The notes under the pieces are model-generated. The model did not search any database. It saw nothing but the letters and a program-made list of their open reading frames with translations, and was not told the DNA's origin. 64,000 nt of DNA, taken from positions 310,001-374,000 of the forward strand of contig JAQOWU010000001.1 in the NCBI GenBank assembly GCA_030867685.1. The letters run 5' to 3'. Both the position numbers and the translations under genes were made by a program. The stretch comes from Wickerhamiella versatilis (taxonomy: Eukaryota). This document shows, piece by piece, positions 30,516 to 41,233 of this stretch. Each line of letters starts with the position of its first letter. Positions within the stretch are counted from its first letter, which is position 1.

Positions 30516-32528
30516 ATGTTTACCATACCGTATTATGCCTTGCTGAGTCATTCAGAAGGGTATGAAATGTATCAAGGATATCGTGTTAACAAGCGATTAA
30601 CAGATGTACATCCTACTCTAGACATTGATGTGCCACTTCCAATAATTTATATGAATCGACTTGACACGGATAGTACGCTAAATGGAGGCGGTCTGGTTAC
30701 TTCAACTGACTCAATTCGCGAATATGGTCAACAAGAAATGAGACACCAGCAGAAGCCAGCAGAGGTCAAGGTTACTGGAGAGATGGACGAAGACCTGCGT
30801 CGTGACTTTGTGGTGGATTATGCCTTAGATGAGACTGATGCAGCACTCTGTGGCTATATTCAAGCCAGTGAAAACTTCCCCATAACACCAAATGCCTATG
30901 AGGTTTTTATGTCCCTATTAGACCACGGTGTCTGGATTTTGTCCCTCAAGCTTCCACTGGGGCATACTACAGCTGTTGATGAGGCTCAACCGTGCAGTAT
31001 ATGCGGAGATGCAGAGTGTTACCCTGAGAATTCTATTGTGTTTTGTGATGGTTGTGATATTGCTGTACACCAAGATTGCTATGGCGTTCCTTTCATCCCA
31101 AAGGGCCAGTGGCTATGTAGATGCTGTCTTCTTGTCGGCAGAAATGCTCGTGTCCACTGTAAGATGTGTCCACGAATAAGCGGTGCTATGAAGCAGACTA
31201 CTAATCTGAACTGGGTACATATGATATGTGCGCAATACATCCCAGAGCTTGAAGTTCCCGATGATGCACTCATGGAACCAATCGAGGGCCTGGAGCTGGT
31301 TCCGTACGATAGATATGCTCTGAGGTGTCTCGTTTGCAAGAAAAAATCGGGCGCCTGCATTCAATGCGCTTATGGTCACTGTACAAGAGCATTCCATGTT
31401 ACCTGTGCTCAAGCGGCTCATCTTCACATGGCCAAGCCCTCTGCATTCTGCCCAAGGCACACGCCGGGAGGTGATACTAGTTCAATCGATTTAAACTCGG
31501 CACGGGCTTCCCTAGAGGCAGAGGAAAAGTCTAACAAGGATATATCTCTATTTTCCAAGCCAAGATATCCTTATTGGCGAACTCCCACGGGTGTCTTCTG
31601 CATTCCTGCTTCCCTTAGAAATGCAGTGTCCAACGTTTGGACGGAACTTACTGGGCTGCGCATGCCTCATAAGGTTCTCAATGAACTTTGTCAGTTTTGG
31701 ACAATCAAACGCGATGCAAATGGTGGCATGTTCACGCGTTCACAGAGGCTGGCGCTGGAAGTAACGCAAAGGTCTCATTCACGACCGTTGTCAGAATTAC
31801 AAACAATCATCAACAAAGCTGATGAGGGTGCATTATTAGCCCAAAAGCTGAAAGATATTTTGGTTGAAGGTGAAGCGATATTCCAGCCCTCGGAGGATTT
31901 GAGCCCTGAGCCAGCCTCTGATAACCATTCACCTGTTCAAGGTACTCCCGAAGAAAATGAAAATTCGTTATTCGCTTCACTGAATTCAGATAGACATGAA
32001 ACACAAATGCTTCGATCGCCACTACCCCTACGTCGACAGTCACATAGAGTGGAAAAGACTGGGCGTTTAATGAACCGGATTCGTCAAAAAAAGGCCACAA
32101 ATAGCCAAAAAGAGGCACAAACCACAGGAATTATTGTCGCCGCAGCTCGACAAGCCAGCAGATCGGGATTTGTCCCCACAGCCAACAGGACCAACAGCAC
32201 TCATAACCAGCATACATCTGACGAGTCACAAGTGCAGCAGGGTGAAGAAGATGAGGATCGCAGAGGCCGTAATGATAGAGCGGATTTGGTACAAGATCAT
32301 GATGTTGTGAGCGCTGGCAACACTTCACCTGAAGCGGATCATCGTGGCCTATGGTCTAGGGCCTTCGACATGGCAAAGGGCCTCACCAAAAATTCTGGTG
32401 ATTATGAAGCTTCACTTCCACGAACTCCGCAAAAACGCACGCCCCAGCGAGTAGCACGAAGAGAGCTTGACCAAGCAATGTCTGTACTTTCAAATTCTCC
32501 ACAGACCAGGCACCGACGTCAAGCTTAG
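30516..32528 (+). CDS. NTO1: NuA3 HAT scaffold Nto1 (BRPF-like; EPL + PHD-Zn knuckle-PHD)
   Basis: VDYALDETD, CSICG...IVFCDGCDIAVHQDCYGVPFIP.GQWLCR, GACIQC...FHVTCA. Confidence 0.82.
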   Translation: MFTIPYYALLSHSEGYEMYQGYRVNKRLTDVHPTLDIDVPLPIIYMNRLDTDSTLNGGGLVTSTDSIREYGQQEMRHQQKPAEVKVTGEMDEDLRRDFVVDYALDETDAALCGYIQASENFPITPNAYEVFMSLLDHGVWILSLKLPLGHTTAVDEAQPCSICGDAECYPENSIVFCDGCDIAVHQDCYGVPFIPKGQWLCRCCLLVGRNARVHCKMCPRISGAMKQTTNLNWVHMICAQYIPELEVPDDALMEPIEGLELVPYDRYALRCLVCKKKSGACIQCAYGHCTRAFHVTCAQAAHLHMAKPSAFCPRHTPGGDTSSIDLNSARASLEAEEKSNKDISLFSKPRYPYWRTPTGVFCIPASLRNAVSNVWTELTGLRMPHKVLNELCQFWTIKRDANGGMFTRSQRLALEVTQRSHSRPLSELQTIINKADEGALLAQKLKDILVEGEAIFQPSEDLSPEPASDNHSPVQGTPEENENSLFASLNSDRHETQMLRSPLPLRRQSHRVEKTGRLMNRIRQKKATNSQKEAQTTGIIVAAARQASRSGFVPTANRTNSTHNQHTSDESQVQQGEEDEDRRGRNDRADLVQDHDVVSAGNTSPEADHRGLWSRAFDMAKGLTKNSGDYEASLPRTPQKRTPQRVARRELDQAMSVLSNSPQTRHRRQA

Positions 32529-33030
32529 TATATTTATTTGTCTTCTTTATCTATGCCAATCTTCTAATCACTACTATAATCCTGTTATAATCAACTGAGC
32601 TTATTTTGGCGTTTCATTTAATGACATCATTTCGTTGATCTCGCACCCCACACGTAAATCAGGCTTAGGGGTTACGGATCTCAACCCTATATTTGTGAAG
32701 TAAATGCTGAAATGCAGCATCATATACCTTGAGAATAATATATTAAAACATTAAGCGTGCGAAATCACTAATTAATACTCTTCTTGCGACTTCTTGGTGT
32801 GATATGAGAACTAACTGAATGCCAAGGCAAACCTTGAATACTAAATCTTGAGTTGGCAGGGGAGCACACGTCCTTAGAACTTTTATCGGTACTAACTTCC
32901 TATGCGCATCGGCATTTAAGAGTTTGAAATAGCTGACCTTTCTTGATTTTAGGGGACGACACGGCACTGCTGCACAATTACCCTAGACACACGGCCGTAT
33001 ATAAGCGGGGTATACATACCAAACTATACA

Positions 33031-34422
33031 ATGCTGTATTTTTTCAGTTTGGTCTGGATTCTTCCTATTGTTTTATGTGAAGTATTCAATACTTCTGCGT
33101 GGCCTTACGCACCATTGAGTACTCGAGGACGCGATATCGTGAATAACCGAAACGAAACTATTAAGTGGGCAGGTGTGAACTGGCCCCTCAATGCTGAAAC
33201 GATGATTCCAGAAGGACTGGAGTGGAGCTCTGTGGATGAAATCCTTGACTCTATACAAGACGTTGGGTTCAATTTTATCCGTATGGGGTACGCTGTTGAG
33301 ATGGTGGACCAAATATATTTACGCAATGGGAGTGACGTGCCAATGAATGTAGCTCTTATTGAGGCCCTTGGAATCATTAATGGTACTCGAGTCACACGAG
33401 AAATGGTTGCGAAAAACCCAGGGTGGACTGAGTCCACCACCCGATTCCAGATATGGGGCGAAATCATGGATAAAGCTGCCCAGCGACAAATTTATGTGCA
33501 TCCTGATGTACATGTGGGAAAGGCTAAGTGGTGCTGCTCATACACGGATGGCGTCGCTTGGTTTGATGATATTGACTTTCCTGTGGCTAATTGGACTCGT
33601 GCCCTTGAATACGTTGCTAACTTTGTAAAAGACCATAAAAGTGTGGTGAGTATGAGTCTTCGTAATGAGGTCCGTGAATCGCATAATAGAACGCTCGACT
33701 ATGGCTGGGCGACACTCGTGGGTAACTTTACCCATGGCGCTGATATTATACATCGGAGTAACCCTGATCTTCTGATAACTTGGTCCGGGCTTAATTACGA
33801 TACAGATTTAAGCGCATTGACCGCTGGCACCAATTATATGACTGCTCCTTGCTACAAGTGCGACTATGCGAAAGACAAATACCGTTTACCAGCAAGGTAT
33901 TTCAATATTAGCGAACATGCCTGGGCTGATAAGCTCGTTTGGGAGCTTCATGCCTATGATACAGCCCACGATATTGATACTGATGATTGTGAGATCTTTC
34001 AGGCGGAGATGTATAGAAATGGTTTCAATGCCCTGGGGATCCCAAAGCCAAAGGCCTGTAATATCACCCAGGACTGTCCTGATGCTGTTAATATGGCGCC
34101 TATAGTATTCACCGAGTTTGGCTCAGCACAGGATCCAACGATTTATAACTCGACTCTCCAGACTTGCCTCCGTAAGATTTTGACTGAATACGACATCTCG
34201 TGGGCCATGTGGGGACTTGCCGGTAGCTACCGTACTCGATCTGGCATCCAGGGATATGAAGATAGCTGGGCATTGACAAATTATAACTGGTCTGACTGGC
34301 GTAGCCCCGGGATTATCCAGAACTGGTGGAAGCCCTACGTCTATGAAACCCTTAACAATACGCCTTGGAATGGTGCCAATACCACCAATCCTGGAACTGC
34401 GAAATGGGGTTCTAAAATTTAA
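33031..34422 (+). CDS. Secreted glycoside hydrolase family 5 (resembles subfamily 16 endo-beta-1,6-galactanases), copy 1
   Basis: Signal peptide, AGVNWP...MIPEGL, WCCS..DG..WF, acid/base SLRNE, WELH.Y, nucleophile TEFG, GSY..RSG; many N-glycosylation sequons. Confidence 0.85.
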   Translation: MLYFFSLVWILPIVLCEVFNTSAWPYAPLSTRGRDIVNNRNETIKWAGVNWPLNAETMIPEGLEWSSVDEILDSIQDVGFNFIRMGYAVEMVDQIYLRNGSDVPMNVALIEALGIINGTRVTREMVAKNPGWTESTTRFQIWGEIMDKAAQRQIYVHPDVHVGKAKWCCSYTDGVAWFDDIDFPVANWTRALEYVANFVKDHKSVVSMSLRNEVRESHNRTLDYGWATLVGNFTHGADIIHRSNPDLLITWSGLNYDTDLSALTAGTNYMTAPCYKCDYAKDKYRLPARYFNISEHAWADKLVWELHAYDTAHDIDTDDCEIFQAEMYRNGFNALGIPKPKACNITQDCPDAVNMAPIVFTEFGSAQDPTIYNSTLQTCLRKILTEYDISWAMWGLAGSYRTRSGIQGYEDSWALTNYNWSDWRSPGIIQNWWKPYVYETLNNTPWNGANTTNPGTAKWGSKI

Positions 34423-34685
34423 GATTGACCTATACCTCCGAGAACTTTTTTCCGCATGCGATAAGATCTAATCCTGCACCGAGGTCAATAATTAGATTCT
34501 AATCTGATACCAGCTATCGCGCCAATACTAGTTGATATCAAGCTTCAAGATACAATATAAATTATCATCCTTGTCTAACGATAAACCTTTCAGATGACAA
34601 TTGTTGTCAAAACCTGTCCCTCGCACTTATATTCACCCTGTCGGCGCAATCGCTTTACCCTAGCCCTATTGAAAGCGCTCAATCG

Positions 34686-36044
34686 ATGTTTCTTCTAACG
34701 CGGCTTCTGCTTGCTCTCGGTCTCGAGTCGCTGGCCCGCTGGTTAGGATTGGTCGAGATTGAACCTATAAAAGATCTGAGCTACACATCATGGCCCCATG
34801 GCCCGCTCAGTACCAGGGGTCGTGATATCATAAATGCGCAGAATCAGACGGTCACCTGGGCAGGTGTAAACTGGCCACTCAGTGGGGAATCCATGATTCC
34901 AGAGGGTCTGGAGTACAAATCTGTGGATGATATTCTAGACTCGCTGCAGGATATTGGGTTTAACTTCATTCGTATGGGCTACGCATCAGAAATGGTAGAC
35001 CAGGTTTATGATGGGGGTGGTACTGATGTTACGCTCCACAAAGCTCTGAGGGATGCATTGGGACGTTTACGAGGATATGATGTGTTCCAGGACATTTTAA
35101 GTCACAATCAGGGTTGGAATGAAAATACCACCAGGTTCGAAGCCTGGAGTGATATAATCCATAAAGCCGCCCAGCGAAAAATATATATACACCCTGATCT
35201 CCATGTGGGAAAGGCTTCGTGGTGTTGCTCAGAATTTGACGGAAATGCTTGGTTTGACGACTTTAATTTCCCTGTGTACAATTGGACCAGAGCTTTGCGC
35301 TATGTGGCAGAGTTTGCGAAAAGCCATGAGAACGTGGTTAGTATGAGCCTCCGAAATGAGCTGCGTCCTTCATATCAAAAGAAGCTTGGATATAACTGGA
35401 GTAACCTGATCGGCAATTTCACAGCCGCTTCAGACGCCATCCATGAAACCAATCCAGATATTCTCATAGTATGGTCCGGAATGGGTTATGACACAGACTT
35501 AAGGCTTCTGACCACGGGGAATAGCTATTCGGAAAGCGGTTCATATAAAAATTTGAGGCCCAACTTGCGATCTGGAAACCGCTTTATCCTGAGTGAACAT
35601 CCTTGGTCGAATAAAGTAGTTTGGGAGCTTCATCGATATGGGGATACTGATAGCTGTGAGGTGTTAGAGGCAGAACTATATCGCAATGGCTTCAATGGTT
35701 TAGGTATCCCAATGCCACGTGGTTGCCATCATATGAAAGGTTGCTCGAAAGCTGTAAATATAGCACCCATGCTCATGGGTGAGTTTGGATACGTTGAGGA
35801 CTCTACTTTCTTCCGTTCAAAATTGCAAAAGTGTCTGCGACAAGTCATTCTGAAGAATAAGGTTTCCTGGTCAATGTGGGTGCTAACCGGCAGCTATAGG
35901 CTGCGGTCCGGTCACTATGACTTTGATGAGACTTGGGGCCTGAAAAATCATAATTGGAGTGATTGGAGAAACCCAAATGTGATGGAAAGTTGGTGGAAAC
36001 CTTTTGTCCAAGAGACTCTTCGCCCGGACGATAAAACTGCATAA
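34686..36044 (+). CDS. Glycoside hydrolase family 5, tandem paralog (copy 2)
   Basis: Colinear with copy 1 (WP.gPLSTRGRDI, SLRNE, GEFG, NWSDWR); hydrophobic N-terminus. Confidence 0.85.
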   Translation: MFLLTRLLLALGLESLARWLGLVEIEPIKDLSYTSWPHGPLSTRGRDIINAQNQTVTWAGVNWPLSGESMIPEGLEYKSVDDILDSLQDIGFNFIRMGYASEMVDQVYDGGGTDVTLHKALRDALGRLRGYDVFQDILSHNQGWNENTTRFEAWSDIIHKAAQRKIYIHPDLHVGKASWCCSEFDGNAWFDDFNFPVYNWTRALRYVAEFAKSHENVVSMSLRNELRPSYQKKLGYNWSNLIGNFTAASDAIHETNPDILIVWSGMGYDTDLRLLTTGNSYSESGSYKNLRPNLRSGNRFILSEHPWSNKVVWELHRYGDTDSCEVLEAELYRNGFNGLGIPMPRGCHHMKGCSKAVNIAPMLMGEFGYVEDSTFFRSKLQKCLRQVILKNKVSWSMWVLTGSYRLRSGHYDFDETWGLKNHNWSDWRNPNVMESWWKPFVQETLRPDDKTA

Positions 36045-36515
36045 ATGAGTATAAAAATGTTATTTATCATAAAAACTATTTATTGCTAGAGGTGTATTTT
36101 AACATCAGTTCTTAATTTTCAGGCAGTTATTTTGGCTGTCGTCATATTAATAACATGTTATTGTAGTATAATACCGATAGAGGGGTTGCCTGACTCGCTA
36201 ATTGCCTTTTTTTATTACGATAAATAACGCTTGTTCGCTGGACCTAAGATAGACCATGAAGCCATACCAACCCAATATTATTAGTAGTATTTGCTGCGTT
36301 CGTAGACATATAAGTAATAATTAACAGGCATAAGCTATGGTGAGCTAATTACCGCGTGATTAGACTAAAAAAGACCAATTACCATTCATTTTGTTAACAT
36401 TATTCCTAGAATCTTTCGCTCTCTCTGAATTATAAAGCGACAAGAGTCGAATGCGTGTTTCAACTTCCCCCACCATCACTAGATGATGTCTTTATGTTGG
36501 GACCGTCATGAATCA

Positions 36516-37220
36516 TTACTTTTTGGTTCGTCCAGCACGTTCCAGTTCGAAATCTTTCAGCTCGTATGCTGGTCTATATTTCCCTGACGACGAATCAAGC
36601 AGCGCAGGATTAGGGACTGTGGTCGAAGTTCCACCTATTGAAGTGTATCCTCGATCGTATAATACACAGTATGGTATTTTCATTGTTTTTATTATGTTCC
36701 AGATATCGTCATATTCCCAATTGAGCATCGGGTGAATCCTTATGAATTCTGGCCAACCTGGATCCGTGGCCTGAAAAAAATGCAGATTTTCCGAAAATGG
36801 ATCGGTACGACGGGTGCCCACGAATATAGCCCGGACACCAGTATGCTTCGCTAAAAAATGAGAAAGCGCAGATTTCATAGGGCTCTCATAAACTTCCGAA
36901 ACGAGAGGATATCTCTTGCGACACTCGTCGACAAATTCATCAACCTCTGGAAATGGGTCCCTGGGTCGAATATATACTTCTTGCAGTGGAGTCTTGAACC
37001 CTTCTCTATGAAGTTGAGCCAAGACGAGAACCAGTAACACAAGACAGTCCTTTCCACCGTTGAAGCTAAAAGCTAACTCTTCCGGAGAGAACCGCTTATA
37101 AGCCTCTTTCAAGATCTCCATGCTCTCTTGTAATCTTGCTTTCGTTTTTTCAGGAGCATCACTGTCTAGAAAGGCATCCACTTCATTTGATGCTTGCAGG
37201 TAGGCCTCCTCTGATAGCAT
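36516..37220 (-). CDS. FAD1: FAD synthetase (FMN adenylyltransferase)
   Basis: SFNGGKDCLV, GTRRTDP, LYDRGYTSIGG, ERAGR. Confidence 0.93.
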   Translation of the reverse strand: MLSEEAYLQASNEVDAFLDSDAPEKTKARLQESMEILKEAYKRFSPEELAFSFNGGKDCLVLLVLVLAQLHREGFKTPLQEVYIRPRDPFPEVDEFVDECRKRYPLVSEVYESPMKSALSHFLAKHTGVRAIFVGTRRTDPFSENLHFFQATDPGWPEFIRIHPMLNWEYDDIWNIIKTMKIPYCVLYDRGYTSIGGTSTTVPNPALLDSSSGKYRPAYELKDFELERAGRTKK

Positions 37221-37392
37221 GATTTGTCATACGGATTTAACAACAACCGAAGTGGCTTTTTATAGACCATTTTGCAAACCTGGTTCATGTTTATAGTGTT
37301 ACGACCAGTTCACGTCTAGCACGTACATGGAAGCAATTAGGGAGTAAAACAAATTAGAAAAAATCTCAAAAAATACGAGTAAGAAAAAGAGA

Positions 37393-37466
37393 TGGTCCCA
37401 GGCGGGCTCGAACCGCCGATCTTCGAGTTATTAGCTCGACGCCTTGACCAACTGGGCCATGGGACC
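37393..37466 (-). tRNA. tRNA-Ile (AAT), intronless
   Basis: GGTCCCA acceptor stem pairs with TGGGACC; D-arm GCCCAGTTGGTCAAGGC; anticodon arm TCGAG-CTAATAA-CTCGA; T-loop GGTTCGAG; T5 Pol III terminator at 37384-37388. Confidence 0.96.
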
Positions 37467-37627
37467 TACTTCTCTACACATCGAAAACACAGTACATATA
37501 TATAGCCTAACACATAGAGGCAGCATAAGTAATTAATTCAGGCATAGTCTCACCACAAAAGGAGGAAGGGAGAGGCTATGTAGAGTCTTTTATATCTGTT
37601 ATATAACATCTATATAATATATATAGG

Positions 37628-39466
37628 TTACATCCTTTCGACTGGCGTCAGTCCCAAAAGTACCATGCCATTCCAGAGAACCTGCCTGGCTGCAGCGTAT
37701 AGGGCCAAGCGGGCAACAGCAACCTCCTTCTCCTGGCCCATGACCCACAAGACATCATAGCACGAAGATACGGTGTGAGTGAGCTTGAAAAGATAGGTGA
37801 TAATAGTTGACGGCTCGTGGTTACGCAGCGACATAATCATCTGGTCAGGGAATCCTGCTAGGATTCTAGCTAGCAGCGCAGCTGCAGGTTCGGTAAGCAA
37901 AGAGAAGTCCGCATTCTCCAGTTCCTCCTTGGGGATTCCTGAATTCCGCTCCATGGAACAAAGTCTCGAATGCGCATACTGCAAATATGGACCCGTATCA
38001 CCCTCGAAGGAAAGCATACGTTTCCAATCAAATGTGTAATTATTGATACGCTTGGACTGCATATCTTGGATCATAACTGCACTAAGACCCACGAGATCAG
38101 CAACACGTTCCGGATCCTCTACCTGAACATACTTAGCTTCGTTCTTCTTCATCACCTCATGCATCGCTTCCTTAGTTTCGTCTAGAATGGTGTCCAAAAA
38201 TACCACAGTTCCCTTACGAGTAGACATACCTTGAACCATGCCAAAGTTGATGTGCTGAAGGTCTTTAGCCCATGAATGGCCCATAAGGTCTAGCACCTTG
38301 AAAAATTGCTGGAAATGCAGGTCTTGTTGGGACGCAGCCACGTAGAACATTTTGTCGAAAGAGAACATTTCCTGGCGGCGAGCGGCCTCGCCAATGTCAC
38401 GGGTGAGATAAAGCGTCGTACCATCAGACTTTCGTACCAGACACTTTCCAAGTTTCTTTTGGTACTTGGAGAGGGGCACCAGAAGTGCACCGCGATCTTC
38501 CGTAGTTAGTTCCTTCTCATTAAGGTCGCGAATCACATTGCGCATACGCTCCTGAGACACCTGGGACTCACCCGAGTACATGTCGTAATGAATGTTGAGT
38601 CGGGCGTACGTGCCTTTATATTTTTCGATTGAGAGATCACGAAGCTTCTGCCACAATTGAAGTGCTTCAGGATCTCCATCTTCCATGCGACGGAAGTAAT
38701 CCCGAGCTTCATCGTCTAGCTCAGACTTGCCATCGTTCTCTTGCAACTGCTTCTCTTTCTCAGCATTGATCTTTACGTAGACCTGGAACATGTGATTAAT
38801 AGGGTCAGACTCAAGCTTCTCATTATCTCCATATAGTTTGAAACCAACGGCTAGCAAACCGAACTGCTTACCCCAGTCACCCAGATAATTAATTCGCTCA
38901 ACCTGGGCGCTATGGCTCTCGTAGAGATTAGCAATGAAGCCACCAATGATGGTTGAGCGGAGGTGGCCAGCGTGGAATGGCTTGGCGATATTCGGCGAGC
39001 TGAACTCGACAACTACCTTTTGGTCTTTACACTTTTCGGAGCGGCCATACGACTTGCCATCCAATAAGATTCGGCGTACGACTAGCTCATACAGAACAGA
39101 GGGGTTATACGAGAACTGCATAAATTTGCCGTTAGCGACCACAGACTGGAGATATTTTGAGGGGGGAAACTTTGCTGCCCATTCCTTGGCAAGATCATCT
39201 GCGTTGCCTTTCACACGAAGTCGTGGAACAGGAATAACGAGGTCACCACGTTCAGCCGTCGATGTGAATTCGAGTGCTGGGAAGATAAGATTCGAGGCGA
39301 CACCACTTATCTGAGATAGTTCGCGTGCAATATAAGAGCGGAAAATATCCACTGGGTTCATACCTGGGTTAGAACCTGGATATTGTTCAAAGTCTTGGAT
39401 TCCAAGTTTCGCAAGGCTAGCCGTCAGGTCTGCCATTTTCGGAAGCCTGGGAAAGTAAGAAGGCAT
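37628..39466 (-). CDS. RRS1: Arginyl-tRNA synthetase
   Basis: EFSSPNIAKPFHAGHLRSTIIG, NYLGDWGKQFG, MSTRKG, GDTGPYLQYAHSRL, TPVERM. Confidence 0.95.
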   Translation of the reverse strand: MPSYFPRLPKMADLTASLAKLGIQDFEQYPGSNPGMNPVDIFRSYIARELSQISGVASNLIFPALEFTSTAERGDLVIPVPRLRVKGNADDLAKEWAAKFPPSKYLQSVVANGKFMQFSYNPSVLYELVVRRILLDGKSYGRSEKCKDQKVVVEFSSPNIAKPFHAGHLRSTIIGGFIANLYESHSAQVERINYLGDWGKQFGLLAVGFKLYGDNEKLESDPINHMFQVYVKINAEKEKQLQENDGKSELDDEARDYFRRMEDGDPEALQLWQKLRDLSIEKYKGTYARLNIHYDMYSGESQVSQERMRNVIRDLNEKELTTEDRGALLVPLSKYQKKLGKCLVRKSDGTTLYLTRDIGEAARRQEMFSFDKMFYVAASQQDLHFQQFFKVLDLMGHSWAKDLQHINFGMVQGMSTRKGTVVFLDTILDETKEAMHEVMKKNEAKYVQVEDPERVADLVGLSAVMIQDMQSKRINNYTFDWKRMLSFEGDTGPYLQYAHSRLCSMERNSGIPKEELENADFSLLTEPAAALLARILAGFPDQMIMSLRNHEPSTIITYLFKLTHTVSSCYDVLWVMGQEKEVAVARLALYAAARQVLWNGMVLLGLTPVERM

Positions 39467-39921
39467 CTTTTTGCAGGATTAATAATTCAGCTAAAGGCCG
39501 GTTCGACGGACAGATGGGGAAAACCAACAGCCGTAAGGCTGTAATTTTAATTCAAAATGATATAGTTTAAAAATGAATAATTATTATAAGCAGACGGTGT
39601 CGACATGTGTCCTATCTGAAGGGCTAGCCTCATTACCGACTCGAAAGGGCGACTTTTCACACAAGGGCTTTAATCATGTTCAGATTATTTGACAAGATAA
39701 CATACTGATTTTACTTTGATTCTAGCAGAATAACCTGTACCAGCCAAAATACCTCACAATCATGTAAAAGGGCACTCCGGGTACTAGAGGGGCCATAAGT
39801 GACAATTGGTGGTATAATTTCAACAAAATAGTAACTTAAATTTGGCTCGATTAAGAAATTGAGTGCTTAAGAAATTCTCATTTTAGGACTTAATGTCACA
39901 CGAATCGAAGTAGCTCACGTA

Positions 39922-40740
39922 ATGCTGAGTGTCCTCGCGACCTTGGTTGTTCTGGGTGCATCTTTACTTGGCTGTAACTCGAAGTGGATAGCTTGTTTGG
40001 GATTGATAGCCCAAAGACATGGATGGAGAAATATTAGTGGTATACTGCGTCGGTGCTATGCCGCAGCCGATACTGCACATAGTCAGCTCTGGGGTACCCC
40101 TTCTAGCAGTGAGTACGACAAGATAGCAAGAGCTTGCTGGAGTAGCGAGGCTTCGCAACGCTGCAGAGATTGGCTTGTTCTCAAAAGATCCGATGAAGTT
40201 CATTTTGACGGCGTTGCAGCTGAAAAGTTGATAGAGCTCCGTCAGAGAGTTGGCGCTACAGATTGGGCAGCATTGGGGTTTCAAGGCTCAGATCCCTCCA
40301 CAGATTTCCGGGCTGTTGGAATGCTGGGTCTAGAGTTACTGCGTGAACAGGCAGAAGTGATAGATCTACTTAATCTTTTGGATGAGAGCGGCTCACGTGG
40401 ACAAACTGATCCAGCGCTTCCGTGGTATCCGGTGGCACTGGTGTCAATTAGACTCAGTATGGCGTTGACGCGTGCACTGGAGAGTGATCCGTCGTTGATA
40501 TTCAAGCAATTCGGGACTAGTAAGCCTCTTGAGCAAATGAAAATAAGCATAGGCCCGCTCAGTGCTCGTTTACTACAAGAATTCCACAATAAATGGAAAG
40601 CCGGGGTAAAATCTGGACAGATACATAATTATTTTGATAATGAGGCTGTGTTGAGAGATTTTGAGGGGAGTCTGCCATCAAAACTTTGGGGAACAGTTGA
40701 AGGCAGGCCAGATACGGATACCCAAAGGACTATGCTATGA
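39922..40740 (+). CDS. ELMO/CED-12 domain protein (ELMOD-like) with hydrophobic N-terminus
   Basis: Signature WAALGFQGSDPSTDFRAVGMLGL followed by WYPVAL. Confidence 0.8.
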   Translation: MLSVLATLVVLGASLLGCNSKWIACLGLIAQRHGWRNISGILRRCYAAADTAHSQLWGTPSSSEYDKIARACWSSEASQRCRDWLVLKRSDEVHFDGVAAEKLIELRQRVGATDWAALGFQGSDPSTDFRAVGMLGLELLREQAEVIDLLNLLDESGSRGQTDPALPWYPVALVSIRLSMALTRALESDPSLIFKQFGTSKPLEQMKISIGPLSARLLQEFHNKWKAGVKSGQIHNYFDNEAVLRDFEGSLPSKLWGTVEGRPDTDTQRTML

Positions 40741-41233
40741 TGCCGTATTTCATAACGGCAAAATTGATGGTATTGGTAATAATTGCTAGCAGATTTTGGA
40801 TGGATTTATATTCTTTCAAGTATATGTTGGAATGAATACCGCAGAAAGGGTTCAAGCAGGAAAATAAAGATTTGACGCTAATAGGGCAGCGCGGGATCGC
40901 TGGATTGGTATCATAATGAATCGATTTAATTATAAAATATACAAATCTTCTGCACTAGGTATCCTTAGATCAATCTGTTTCGCTGGGAGCGAATTTTCAG
41001 AAAAAATGTATCTTAGAATGCTGAGTTTACTTTATGACCTTAGACTGTTTTATATAAAAACATTCATATACGAAATAGTGAGTTTTTCTCCTTTCTGATG
41101 TGCAAGTTGCAGATAGCGGCGCGTTATATTATGTAATATACAATACCAGTGCATGACTAAGTATAGGGCTTAAGGCTGAACAATCTTCTACGACTCTGTC
41201 GCTCAGCCCGAGTCCAGGTATCGAAAGTATAGT

